Assembly (NCBI GenBank): GCA_965655275.1
Contig: CBFHGD010000001.1
Coordinates: forward strand, 1 to 53,452
Direction of reading: 5' to 3'
Length of the DNA stretch: 53,452 bases
Source: Octadecabacter sp.
Lineage (GTDB): Bacteria; Pseudomonadota; Alphaproteobacteria; Rhodobacterales; Rhodobacteraceae
A program made the position numbers and the translations under genes. Position 1 is the stretch's first letter, and each line of letters begins with the position of its first letter. Shown piece by piece: positions 29,056-38,027 of the stretch. The notes beneath the pieces were generated by a model that ran no database searches, was not told the origin of the DNA, and was given only the letters and a program-made list of their open reading frames with translations.

Positions 29056-30396
29056 TTAGGCCGTGCCTGCCCGTAACGCCGCTTCTGCCGCGGCCCCGAT
29101 GCGCAACAACCGCGCTTCGGAATTCGGCGCCGTATTCAGCAATAGCCCCACAGATGGCACGCCACTAGGCAGCGAAAGTGACGCAAGCCCCATCAGGTTT
29201 GCGACCCGCGTATTGCGCAACGTCAGCAGGTTTTGCACACGGTAATACTCGGTATCGTCGATCAACCGTTGCAAATTCGGTGGCATATTCGCCGCCCCCG
29301 GACATACCACTGCATCAAAGCCCGCAGTTGCCTTGGCATAGATCGCGCGAAGATCGCAAAGCTCTGCCCACAATGACAAATATTCATGCGCCAGCACATC
29401 CTGGCCGCCGCGCACCCGCTCCAATATCTGGCTGAACATCGCATCAGGGTTCGCCTGGACCAAATCGCGCCAGTTCGCATAGGCATCCGCCGTATAAAGC
29501 GGCAATGACATCGCGAAGGCGCGCTCCAGTTCCGGCACTTCAAGCGGCACGATCTCGGCACCGGCGGCTTCCAACTTCGCAACGGCCGCCCCGTAACCCT
29601 CCATCGACTCATCCGCAACATCGTCCAAAACCACCGATTGCAGCGCGGCAAACCGCATCCCCTTCAGCGATGCACCTGCCAAATCCGCCGCCGCCCCGCC
29701 TTCGATAGCCGCCAGCATCAGATTGGCGTCTTCCACCGTGCGACACAGCGGGCCAACGGTATCGAACTCGGAACACAACGGCACAACGCCTTCCAGCGAT
29801 ACCCGCCCATGAGTCGTCTTCAACCCCACAAGATCGTTCCAAACAGACGGGATACGCACCGATCCCCCCGTATCAGACCCAAGCGCCGCCGCCGCTAAAC
29901 CGAACGCGACACTCGCCGCAGCACCTGACGATGATCCACCCGGAACCGCGTCTACGTCATTTACGCAAGGCGGCGTCGCGGTCATCGGGTTATAGCCCAG
30001 CCCTGAAAACGCAATCTCACTCATGTGGGTCTTGCCAAGGCACACCAACCCCATGCCCGTTGCGACGCGCAAGACCTCGGCGTCCCTGTCCGGCACGCGT
30101 CCGGCCATCAATCTGGTTCCAGCTTCTGTCGCGACACCCGCAGTATCAAACAGGTCTTTCCAGCTTACCGGCACACCGTCCAGCGGCGACAGGCGCCGCC
30201 CTGCCCGTGCCCGATCCGACGCGCCCTGCGCCTCAACCCGCGCCCGATCCGCCGTCACACGCGCATAAATCCGGTCGCGCAAAACATGCCCCTCAATCGC
30301 CGCCAGATAGACCTCGCACAACTCAACCGGATCAATCTCACCCGAGCCAATCCCCCGCCCCAAATCCGCCGCGCTCGCCCATAGCCATTCTTGCAT
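29056..30396 (-). CDS. Amidase (amidase-signature family)
   Basis: WKDLFD, GGSSSGAAA, GSDTGGSVRIP. Confidence 0.93.
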   Translation of the reverse strand: MQEWLWASAADLGRGIGSGEIDPVELCEVYLAAIEGHVLRDRIYARVTADRARVEAQGASDRARAGRRLSPLDGVPVSWKDLFDTAGVATEAGTRLMAGRVPDRDAEVLRVATGMGLVCLGKTHMSEIAFSGLGYNPMTATPPCVNDVDAVPGGSSSGAAASVAFGLAAAALGSDTGGSVRIPSVWNDLVGLKTTHGRVSLEGVVPLCSEFDTVGPLCRTVEDANLMLAAIEGGAAADLAGASLKGMRFAALQSVVLDDVADESMEGYGAAVAKLEAAGAEIVPLEVPELERAFAMSLPLYTADAYANWRDLVQANPDAMFSQILERVRGGQDVLAHEYLSLWAELCDLRAIYAKATAGFDAVVCPGAANMPPNLQRLIDDTEYYRVQNLLTLRNTRVANLMGLASLSLPSGVPSVGLLLNTAPNSEARLLRIGAAAEAALRAGTA

Positions 30397-30473
30397 GTCG
30401 GTCTCCTTTGAATTGGACGGTAGCGACCATCCCGCGCATGGACAATCCCGCCACGCAGCGCATATTGCGCGGT

Positions 30474-31691
30474 ATGAAAACGGATACAGATATTACCATC
30501 GTCGGTGGCGGGCTGAACGGTCCCGCCCTCGCTCTCGCGCTTGCCCAAATCGGGTTGCGCGTCACCGTCATCGATGCCCTGCCTGCCCCCACCCGAAAGC
30601 TCGCGGATTTTGACGGGCGCGGCTATGCTCTCGCTCTGGCCTCCATGCGCCTCCTTAAGGGGATCGGCGTTTGGGCCGACGTCGCTGATCACACCCAGCC
30701 GATGTTGGAAATCAAGGTCACCGACGGGCGCGCTGGTGAAGGCGCCTCCCCGTGGATGCTGCACTTCGATCACGCCGAAATCGAAGAAGGCCCAATGGGG
30801 TATATGTGCGAAGACCGTTACCTGCGCCAAGCCCTACTCGCCGCCTGCGATCACGCACCGTTGGTAACCCAACTCAACGAAGAGACCGTAACAGCGCAGT
30901 CTGCCAGCCCAAGCGATATGACCGTCACCCTCGCATCGGGTAAGACCATTACGTCCAAGCTCGTCATCGGCGCAGATGGGCGCAATAGCGGCACCGCAAC
31001 CCGTGCCGGTATCAAACGCACCGGCTGGGGTTACGGGCAAACCGCCATAGTCTGCGCCGTCACCCACGAACTGCCTCACAATGGCATCGCGCATCAGTTC
31101 TTCATGCCCGCAGGCCCGCTGGCCATCCTGCCCCTGCCTGGCAATCGCTGCTCTATCGTCTGGTCGGAAACCGACGCACGCGCTGCTGATATCATGGCGA
31201 TGGAAGACGACGCCTTCCTCAATGCCCTGCGCCCCGCGTTCGGCAACTTCCTTGGGGACATCGCGCTTGACGGAAAACGCTTCAGCTATCCGCTTAACCT
31301 GACCCTCGCCAACCGCTTCATCGCCGACCGCCTCGCGCTGGTCGGAGACGCCGCACATGGCATGCACCCCATCGCGGGCCAGGGCCTCAACGCGGGCCTG
31401 CGCGACGTGGCCGCCTTGGTCGACGTGCTCAACGCTGCAAAATCCCGCGGTGAAGACATTGCCAGCCCCGCCGTGCTTGCCCGCTATGAAAGCTGGCGGC
31501 GCTTTGATACCGCAACGCTCGCGGCGGCAACAGACACTTTCAACAAGCTGTTTTCAAACGACAACCCGCTGCTGCGCGTTGCGCGCGACACGGGCATGGC
31601 CCTCATCAATGCCTCGCCAAACCTGCGCCGCCGCTTCATCCGCGAGGCCGCAGGTCTTACCGGCGACCTCCCCAGCCTGATGCGTGGCTAA
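30474..31691 (+). CDS. UbiH/UbiF/VisC-family FAD-dependent ubiquinone hydroxylase
   Basis: IVGGGLNG, GADG, GDAAHGMHPIAGQGLNAGLRD; start at MKTDTD. Confidence 0.93.
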   Translation: MKTDTDITIVGGGLNGPALALALAQIGLRVTVIDALPAPTRKLADFDGRGYALALASMRLLKGIGVWADVADHTQPMLEIKVTDGRAGEGASPWMLHFDHAEIEEGPMGYMCEDRYLRQALLAACDHAPLVTQLNEETVTAQSASPSDMTVTLASGKTITSKLVIGADGRNSGTATRAGIKRTGWGYGQTAIVCAVTHELPHNGIAHQFFMPAGPLAILPLPGNRCSIVWSETDARAADIMAMEDDAFLNALRPAFGNFLGDIALDGKRFSYPLNLTLANRFIADRLALVGDAAHGMHPIAGQGLNAGLRDVAALVDVLNAAKSRGEDIASPAVLARYESWRRFDTATLAAATDTFNKLFSNDNPLLRVARDTGMALINASPNLRRRFIREAAGLTGDLPSLMRG

Positions 31692-31695
31692 AATC

Positions 31696-31890
31696 TTAGT
31701 CTTTGTCGATTGCGCGCGCTTCGTCGATCAACATGACCGGAATACCGGCGCGGATCGGGTAGGCTAAATGCGCCGCCTTGCTGATCAGTTCCTGCTTTGC
31801 AGCATCATAGCTTAGCCGCCCCTGACACTGCGGGCAGACCAGGGCCTCCAGCATTTTCGGGTCAAACGCCTTTTGGGCCGCTTCATTCAT
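31696..31890 (-). CDS. Trm112-family protein
   Basis: LEALVCP...L.YD...EL...[12 protein letters not shown]; ATGA overlap with the upstream gene. Confidence 0.9.
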   Translation of the reverse strand: MNEAAQKAFDPKMLEALVCPQCQGRLSYDAAKQELISKAAHLAYPIRAGIPVMLIDEARAIDKD

Positions 31891-32531
31891 TGCATCACCT
31901 GCGCATCTGCATCACCGCCCCGAAGGGCATATTCAATCAACGTCACCAGAGTCTCGCGGCGCGTGCTCAGCGACGGTGCCTCAAGCAGTGCCTGCCGCTC
32001 CTCGGGTTCAAACGGGCACAACATCGATAACGAATTTATAAGTAATTCGGCGTCAGCGTCCGCCATGCTGTCCCAATCGGTGTTCAACCCATGATCTTCG
32101 AAAAACCGCTTCAGTTTTGCCATCAGCCCATCGCGATCCATTCCCGGATCGGTTTCCTCTGGTCCTAAATCCGCCTCAAATCCGTCCCACGCGACACGTG
32201 CACGCCGATAAGGCTGAAACCCTTCGACCTCTTCGATCAAACGAAATCGCGACATACCCGACAGGGTGATCATGTACCTCCCGTCTTCCGTTTCCGACAT
32301 AGCTGTAACACGTCCGGCGCAGCCAATCGTATGCAACCGCGCCGTGCCATCCGCACGCTCGTAGGGTTGGATCATCCCGATCAACCGGCTCTCCGTCTTC
32401 AATGCGTCATCCAGCATCGCCAGATACCGCGGCTCGAACAGATGCAGAGGCAACCGTGCGCGCGGCAAAAGCAACGCACCCGGCAACGGAAAAATCGGGA
32501 TCAGATCGGGCGGGTCAGTTTGTTTCACCAT
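31887..32531 (-). CDS. Lon peptidase substrate-binding-domain protein
   Basis: [38 protein letters not shown]. Confidence 0.92.
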   Translation of the reverse strand: MVKQTDPPDLIPIFPLPGALLLPRARLPLHLFEPRYLAMLDDALKTESRLIGMIQPYERADGTARLHTIGCAGRVTAMSETEDGRYMITLSGMSRFRLIEEVEGFQPYRRARVAWDGFEADLGPEETDPGMDRDGLMAKLKRFFEDHGLNTDWDSMADADAELLINSLSMLCPFEPEERQALLEAPSLSTRRETLVTLIEYALRGGDADAQVMQ

Positions 32532-32558
32532 ATCGACAATAATAGGCCGAACTTCACG

Positions 32559-33467
32559 TCAGACAAATATCATTGACGACAACTTGCGCCGACCGTTCAA
32601 AACAACAGGGTCAGTGGGCTTGAGCGCGTCAAAGATCGTAAACAACTGCGCCTTGGCGGCCCCGTCTTTCCATTCACGGTCGCGACGGAAACTCTCCAAC
32701 AGTTCTGCAACGGCACCTTCGCTGTCACCCGTCGCGTGCAATGCGACCGCCAGATCAAGCCGCGCCTGGTGATCGTTCTCGTCCGCCTCGACCGCTGCAC
32801 GCAGCTCTGCCACGGGCCCCGCATCGGCCGCTTTCTTGGCCAATTCCACAGCAGCGCGCGCCGCCTCAATCGGGACCGCCTCGGAAATCTCGGCGGGGGC
32901 GCCGTTCAGAACGGCCTCTGCTTGCTCGACATCATCCAGAGACAAATACGCCCGTGCCAATCCGCCAAACGCGCCCGCATGGGCCGGATCTTCTTCCAAA
33001 ATCGCCGCGAAGGTTTCCGCTGCATCTGCAGCTTCACCCTCGGCCAACATGGTTTCCGCCGCCTCGACAGCATCATCAAGCCCGTTATCAGGCTCCCCCG
33101 CCATATCCGCGATCTTGGTCACAAACGCTTCAATCTCGCTTTGCGGCAGCGCGCCTTGGAATCCATCAACAGGTTTGCCGTTAAAGAACGCATAAACCGT
33201 CGGGATCGATTGCACCTGCAACTGGCCGGCAATTCCCTGGTTCTGATCCACATCGATCTTCACCATCTTCACGCGCCCACCGGCCTTCGTCACCGCCGCC
33301 TCAAGCGCGGGGCCAAGCGTTTTACACGGCCCGCACCACGGCGCCCAGAAATCCACGATCACAGGCACAGTGTTGGACGCTTCGACAACGTCCTGCATGA
33401 ACGTCGCGTCGCCACCATCCTTAATCAAGTCATCTGCCGCTGCGGGCTGCCCACCAAGTTCAAGCAT
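32559..33467 (-). CDS. cnoX: Thioredoxin-TPR chaperedoxin CnoX/YbbN
   Basis: DFWAPWCGPCK thioredoxin domain plus TPR-like helices ending GRRKLSSMIF. Confidence 0.9.
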   Translation of the reverse strand: MLELGGQPAAADDLIKDGGDATFMQDVVEASNTVPVIVDFWAPWCGPCKTLGPALEAAVTKAGGRVKMVKIDVDQNQGIAGQLQVQSIPTVYAFFNGKPVDGFQGALPQSEIEAFVTKIADMAGEPDNGLDDAVEAAETMLAEGEAADAAETFAAILEEDPAHAGAFGGLARAYLSLDDVEQAEAVLNGAPAEISEAVPIEAARAAVELAKKAADAGPVAELRAAVEADENDHQARLDLAVALHATGDSEGAVAELLESFRRDREWKDGAAKAQLFTIFDALKPTDPVVLNGRRKLSSMIFV

Positions 33468-33498
33468 TGTCTTCTCCGAATTTCATCTGTTGTCGTCT

Positions 33499-33527
33499 AT
33501 ATGGGCAAGCCGACGCCAAAGGCCAAG
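33499..33527 (-). promoter_or_regulatory. RpoH (sigma32)-type promoter of the cnoX operon
   Basis: Minus strand CTTG-N18-CCCATAT, 31 nt upstream of the cnoX start. Confidence 0.7.
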
Positions 33528-33595
33528 GGGGGCATGGGTTTTGAATAGATGCACACCCTGTATATCGGGCGTAAATGGTCAATTCGGTAGTGAAT

Positions 33596-34384
33596 TTACA
33601 AATCAAACGTCGCGAAAACCGGCGCATGATCACTGGGTTGTTCCCACCCGCGCACCGCCCGAATAACGCGGCTGGAGTGGGCGGCATTGGCAATATCCGG
33701 CGTCGCCCAGACATGGTCCAACCGGCGGCCTTTGTCGGCACTGTCCCAATCGGCGGCACGGTAGCTCCACCAGCTGTATAATTTGCCGTCCGGCACATCG
33801 GCACGGGTGACATCCACCCAACCGCCAGCCCCTTGCGTTTGCGCCAAGGCTTCCACCTCGACGGGCGTATGGCTCACTACCTTCAGCAGCTTTTTATGAT
33901 CCCAGACATCATCTTCGCGGGGCGCGATGTTCAGATCCCCGACAAGAATGGATTTTCCGGGTGCATTGGCATGAAAATGGTCTCTCATTTCAGTAAGATA
34001 GTCCAACTTCTGGCCAAACTTCTCATTGATCTCACGGTCGGGCTTGTCGCCCCCTGCAGGCACATAGAAGTTATGCACCGTCACGCCATTCTCGAGGCGT
34101 CCGGCAATGTGGCGGGCATGTCCAAGCGATGCAAAATCCTCTGCCCCGACTTCCTCGATCGCCATCTTCGAAAAGATCGCGACGCCGTTGTATCCCTTCT
34201 GCCCGCGCGCCACCATGTGGCGATATCCAAGCGCGTGAAACTGCTCGAGCGGGATCTTGTCGACCGGACTTTTGCACTCCTGCAAACATAGCACATCAGG
34301 CGCTTCTTCTTGCATCAACCGCGCGACCAGTCCCTCGCGCAAACGAACTGAATTGATGTTCCAAGTGGCAAGCGTAAACGACAT
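33596..34384 (-). CDS. xth: Exodeoxyribonuclease III
   Basis: ATWNINSVR, LCLQE, GYNGVA, GDLNIAP, YSWWSYR, RLDH, SDHAP. Confidence 0.96.
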   Translation of the reverse strand: MSFTLATWNINSVRLREGLVARLMQEEAPDVLCLQECKSPVDKIPLEQFHALGYRHMVARGQKGYNGVAIFSKMAIEEVGAEDFASLGHARHIAGRLENGVTVHNFYVPAGGDKPDREINEKFGQKLDYLTEMRDHFHANAPGKSILVGDLNIAPREDDVWDHKKLLKVVSHTPVEVEALAQTQGAGGWVDVTRADVPDGKLYSWWSYRAADWDSADKGRRLDHVWATPDIANAAHSSRVIRAVRGWEQPSDHAPVFATFDL

Positions 34385-34409
34385 AATTTTCTCCTGATTT
34401 TGCGGGACC

Positions 34410-35534
34410 CTAGCGAGGTGCAGGCTGCTTTGCCAGCCACTCCGATATACGCTTCAACCCTTCCTCAAGGACATGAGGGTAACATGCAAATCCGATCCTG
34501 ACGTAACCCTCAACACCCAGCGCCGATCCCGGTGTAAGCATCACGGCCGTGTCTTTCAAAAGCGCAACACACAAATCATAGGACGGTTGCGGCACGTCAA
34601 ACGCCAAGAATGCCGTCGTTCCCGCCTGTGGCTTCACATAGCGCGCCTTTGGCTCGTTTCCGACCCACGCATCCAGCGCCGCCAGATTCCCCCGCGTAAT
34701 CTTGCGCGACCGCTCCAGAACGACGTCCTTGGCCTCCAGCGCCATCGCCGCGAAATAGTCGTCAACCATCCCCACCGAAATCGTGGTGTAGTCACGATGC
34801 AGTTCACACTCATCCAACAACTCGTCCGGCCCCACGATCCACCCAAGCCGCAAACCGGCAAGCGAATAAGCCTTTGACGTTGATCCTGTCGAAATCCCCT
34901 TGTCGTAAACATCCACAATCGACGGCACAGGTTCGCCTTGCTCCGTGCCACGATACACCTCGTCACACAGCACCCACGCACCGACCTCACGTGCAATCGC
35001 GGCCACCCGCTCCAGCCCCGCGCGGTCAATCAATGCCCCCGTCGGATTGTTCGGGTTGGTCAACGCAATCACTTTCGTCGCAGGCGTCACAGCCGCTGCA
35101 ACCGCATCCCAATCCGGCAACCAGCCCGCGGCCTCGCTCAGTGCAACTTCGGTCACCTGCGCCCCGAGCGATCGCGGAATCGACGTATGCTGCTGATAAG
35201 TCGGCGTGATCGCCACTACATGATCACCAGCACCAACAAGCGTTTGATAAACCATGTGATTTGCACCAATCGTCCCATGGGTAATCAGCACATTCTCGGC
35301 CCGCTGCGTTTCAAACAGTCCAGCCACCAACCCGCGCAACCGAGTCGACCCACGGATCTCGCCATAGGTCATCTGCATGCCCGCCAAATCGCCTGGCATT
35401 TGTTGCGTTGTTCCAGCCATCTGCATCAACTCGGCCAAAGTCAAAGACGCCACACAGGTCTCCGCCAGATTCAACGCACACTTTGTTTCCCACGCGTTCA
35501 TCCATTGCTCGACTTTGAAAGGTTCAATTTTCAT
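34410..35534 (-). CDS. Class I/II PLP aminotransferase
   Basis: NPNNPTG, DEVYRG, STSKAYSLAGLRLGW. Confidence 0.9.
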   Translation of the reverse strand: MKIEPFKVEQWMNAWETKCALNLAETCVASLTLAELMQMAGTTQQMPGDLAGMQMTYGEIRGSTRLRGLVAGLFETQRAENVLITHGTIGANHMVYQTLVGAGDHVVAITPTYQQHTSIPRSLGAQVTEVALSEAAGWLPDWDAVAAAVTPATKVIALTNPNNPTGALIDRAGLERVAAIAREVGAWVLCDEVYRGTEQGEPVPSIVDVYDKGISTGSTSKAYSLAGLRLGWIVGPDELLDECELHRDYTTISVGMVDDYFAAMALEAKDVVLERSRKITRGNLAALDAWVGNEPKARYVKPQAGTTAFLAFDVPQPSYDLCVALLKDTAVMLTPGSALGVEGYVRIGFACYPHVLEEGLKRISEWLAKQPAPR

Positions 35535-35612
35535 AAAATGCTCCTTTAGTTGCCGTCAGTTGACCAGCGTCCCGCAGGCGCGTCTAGTCCCTGCTAATAA
35601 GAGGGACGCACC

Positions 35613-37010
35613 ATGACCAAAGAAGGCCACCGCCTAGACCCCGCCGATTGGGACGCTTTCGGGCGCGAACTGCACGAATTGCTCAATACATGCCTGACGC
35701 GCATGCAGGATGCACGCGATCTACCGTGGCAACCCAAACCGGACGCGATGCACGTGGAGCTGAACGGCGCAGCAACCCCCTCGGCAGACGTTTTCGACCA
35801 AATCACAGACACAATCATGCCCTACGCCACGGGCAACACGCACCCCGCGTTCTTCGGGTGGGTCCACGGCACGGGCCTTCCTATCGGCGTCGGCGCAGAG
35901 ATTGTCGCCGCAACGATGAATTCCAATTGCGGTGGCCGCGATCATGGTGCAACCGAAGTCGAACGTGAGGTCGTCAACTGGCTCACCCGCACCGCCGGCA
36001 TGCCGGACACTGCCTTCGGTATCCTCACGACCGGAACGTCCCAAGCCACCATCCTCGCCCTGTCCACCGCCCGCACCCGCACCTTCGGCATCGACCTGCG
36101 CAAACAGGGCATCCGCGCCCTGCCGGATGTGCGGGTTTACATGGCCCAAGGCGCACATTCCTGCGTTGCCAAGGCCCTTGAAATCATGGGGCACGGGTCT
36201 GATTGCATCCGTCAAATTGCCGTCAATGACCACTCGCAAATGGATGTCGAAGCTCTGTCGCTCGCCATTACCGAAGACCGCGCAAACGGCCTCGCCCCCC
36301 TTGCTATTATCGGCACCGCGGGCTCCGTCGGTGTCGGCGCTTACGACGAGCTCGACGCGCTGGCCAATATCGCCAAAACCGAAAACATCTGGCTGCACAT
36401 CGACGCCGCCTTCGGCTTCTGGTCCCGCCTCGCAGACGCACCTTGGCGCGACTTGACCAACGGTATTGGCCGCGCCGATTCCATTGCGCTGGACACTCAC
36501 AAATGGCCCGGCGTGCAATATGATTGCGGCGCATGCCTGATTGCCGACAGCGCACTGCACCGCGCCACGTTCTCGTCGCGCCCCGCCTACCTCGAATCCG
36601 CCGACAACGGACTTGCGGGGGGCGACCTGTGGTTTGCCGACTATGGAATCGAGCTGTCCCGCGGCTTCAAAGCCCTCAAAGTCTGGACAGCCATCAAAGC
36701 ATTGGGCGCCAACGCCATGGGCGCGGCCATCACCGACAACTGCAAACAGGCTGTACTCATGGGCGACCTTGTGAACGCCTCACCTCACCTAACTCTACAA
36801 CATGATGTCATTTCCAACCTTTGCTGTTTCTCCGTCGCCAAAGGTGACGTCACCCGCATCGCCGCTGACCTGCAAATCGCCGGAAAGGGTGTGTTTTCAA
36901 CCATCACAATCAACGGGACGCCGTGCCTGCGCGCCGCCATCGTCGGCCACCGCACCACCAGCGACGACATCCGCGCCGCCATTCACGCCGTCGAAGCCAC
37001 GCAAATCTGA
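35613..37010 (+). CDS. Group II PLP-dependent amino-acid decarboxylase
   Basis: HPAFFGW, AHSC, WLHIDAAFG, DSIALDTHKW (PLP Lys), ELSRGFKALKVW. Confidence 0.92.
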   Translation: MTKEGHRLDPADWDAFGRELHELLNTCLTRMQDARDLPWQPKPDAMHVELNGAATPSADVFDQITDTIMPYATGNTHPAFFGWVHGTGLPIGVGAEIVAATMNSNCGGRDHGATEVEREVVNWLTRTAGMPDTAFGILTTGTSQATILALSTARTRTFGIDLRKQGIRALPDVRVYMAQGAHSCVAKALEIMGHGSDCIRQIAVNDHSQMDVEALSLAITEDRANGLAPLAIIGTAGSVGVGAYDELDALANIAKTENIWLHIDAAFGFWSRLADAPWRDLTNGIGRADSIALDTHKWPGVQYDCGACLIADSALHRATFSSRPAYLESADNGLAGGDLWFADYGIELSRGFKALKVWTAIKALGANAMGAAITDNCKQAVLMGDLVNASPHLTLQHDVISNLCCFSVAKGDVTRIAADLQIAGKGVFSTITINGTPCLRAAIVGHRTTSDDIRAAIHAVEATQI

Positions 37011-37012
37011 CC

Positions 37013-37065
37013 CTGTCTTTGCTTCGCAAATATCCCGGGGAGTCCGAAGGACGGGGCAGAGCCCC
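37013..37065. repeat. Rhodobacteraceae-type intergenic repeat with two hairpins
   Basis: CTTTGCTTCGCAAATATCCCGGGG..GTCC-GAA-GGAC-GGGGC-AGA-GCCCC; single copy here, family recognised from memory. Confidence 0.5.
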
Positions 37066-37096
37066 AAAAAAAATGCCCCAGCCAATAGGCCGGGGC
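37066..37096 (-). terminator. Rho-independent terminator of the regulator/sRNA transcript
   Basis: Minus strand GCCCCGGCC-TATT-GGCTGGGGC-ATTTTTTTT. Confidence 0.85.
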
Positions 37097-37186
37097 AAGT
37101 CCAACAGGGAGGTGGTGATTATAACCCCATCACCGAAGGTATGTTCATCCTTTAGTATGCATCCGCATACCGGAACTTGATCTGCA
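37066..37186 (-). ncRNA. sorX: Probable SorX-type 3'UTR-derived sRNA
   Basis: Directly downstream of the OmpR gene: GGTGAT/ATCACC hairpin, anti-SD-like CCTCCCTGTTGGAC, then a terminator; position matches R. sphaeroides ompR-1/SorX; 5' end uncertain. Confidence 0.65.
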
Positions 37187-37873
37187 TCAAACGACCAGAC
37201 GATATCCGCCACTTTCTGTCACAAGCAATCGCGCATTGCTGGGATCGGGTTCAATCTTTTGACGCAACCGGTAGATATGCGTCTCTAACGTATGCGTCGT
37301 GACGCCGGCATTATATCCCCACACCTCATGCAGCAGCACATCGCGGGCAACGACGCCTTCGGTCGCGCGATACAGGAACTTCAGAATGTTCGTTTCTTTC
37401 TCCGTCAGGCGAATTTTCTTTTCGTCCTCGGTGATCAGCATCTTTTGTGCAGGCTGGAATGTATATGGCCCTAGCGTAAACACGGCGTCCTCGGATTGCT
37501 CATGCGTGCGCAATTGCGCGCGGATACGGGCCAAAAGCACCGGAAACTTGAACGGCTTTGTGACATAGTCATTGGCCCCAGCGTCCAACCCGAGGATCGT
37601 ATCACTGTCCCCGTCATGGCCCGTGAGCATCACAATCGGGCATTTTACACCCTGCTTGCGCATCAAACGGCACAACTCGCGGCCATCGGTGTCCGGCAAG
37701 CCAACATCCAGGATCACAAGATCATAGAGCCCTTCTTTCGCCTTCGTCATCGCCTCGGCGCCATTGCCCGCTTCGAAGACATCGAAATCCTCCGTCATCA
37801 ACAGCTGTTCGCCCAACGCCTCGCGCAGGTCCTCGTCGTCATCCACCAGCAGAATTTTCTTGAGTTGTGTCAT
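37187..37873 (-). CDS. OmpR-family response regulator (no adjacent kinase)
   Basis: LLVDDD, ILDVGLPD, MLT, DYVTKPF; winged HTH LTEKE...VWGY...LETHIYRLRQKIE; GGAG RBS. Confidence 0.96.
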   Translation of the reverse strand: MTQLKKILLVDDDEDLREALGEQLLMTEDFDVFEAGNGAEAMTKAKEGLYDLVILDVGLPDTDGRELCRLMRKQGVKCPIVMLTGHDGDSDTILGLDAGANDYVTKPFKFPVLLARIRAQLRTHEQSEDAVFTLGPYTFQPAQKMLITEDEKKIRLTEKETNILKFLYRATEGVVARDVLLHEVWGYNAGVTTHTLETHIYRLRQKIEPDPSNARLLVTESGGYRLVV

Positions 37874-37899
37874 TACACCGTTCTCCTTGTTCCCATCAC

Positions 37900-37928
37900 A
37901 AATGAGCGCGGCGGCGTGATCTGGCAAG
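37900..37928 (-). promoter_or_regulatory. Putative RpoH-type promoter of the OmpR regulator
   Basis: Minus strand CTTG-N18-CTCATTT, same spacing as the cnoX promoter. Confidence 0.45.
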
Positions 37929-38027
37929 ATTTGTGGCATCCCCCTCACGCCGTCGTGTGAGCTGCGGGGTAATTGTTTCAATTTCCCACAGTTACGGGTA
38001 TCGAACTGTCACAAACCGAGGCCCATT

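Noticed and set aside
29931-30473. Pro/Arg-rich extension of the UbiH ORF
   Set aside because: Antisense to the amidase; the FAD motif begins right after Met 30474
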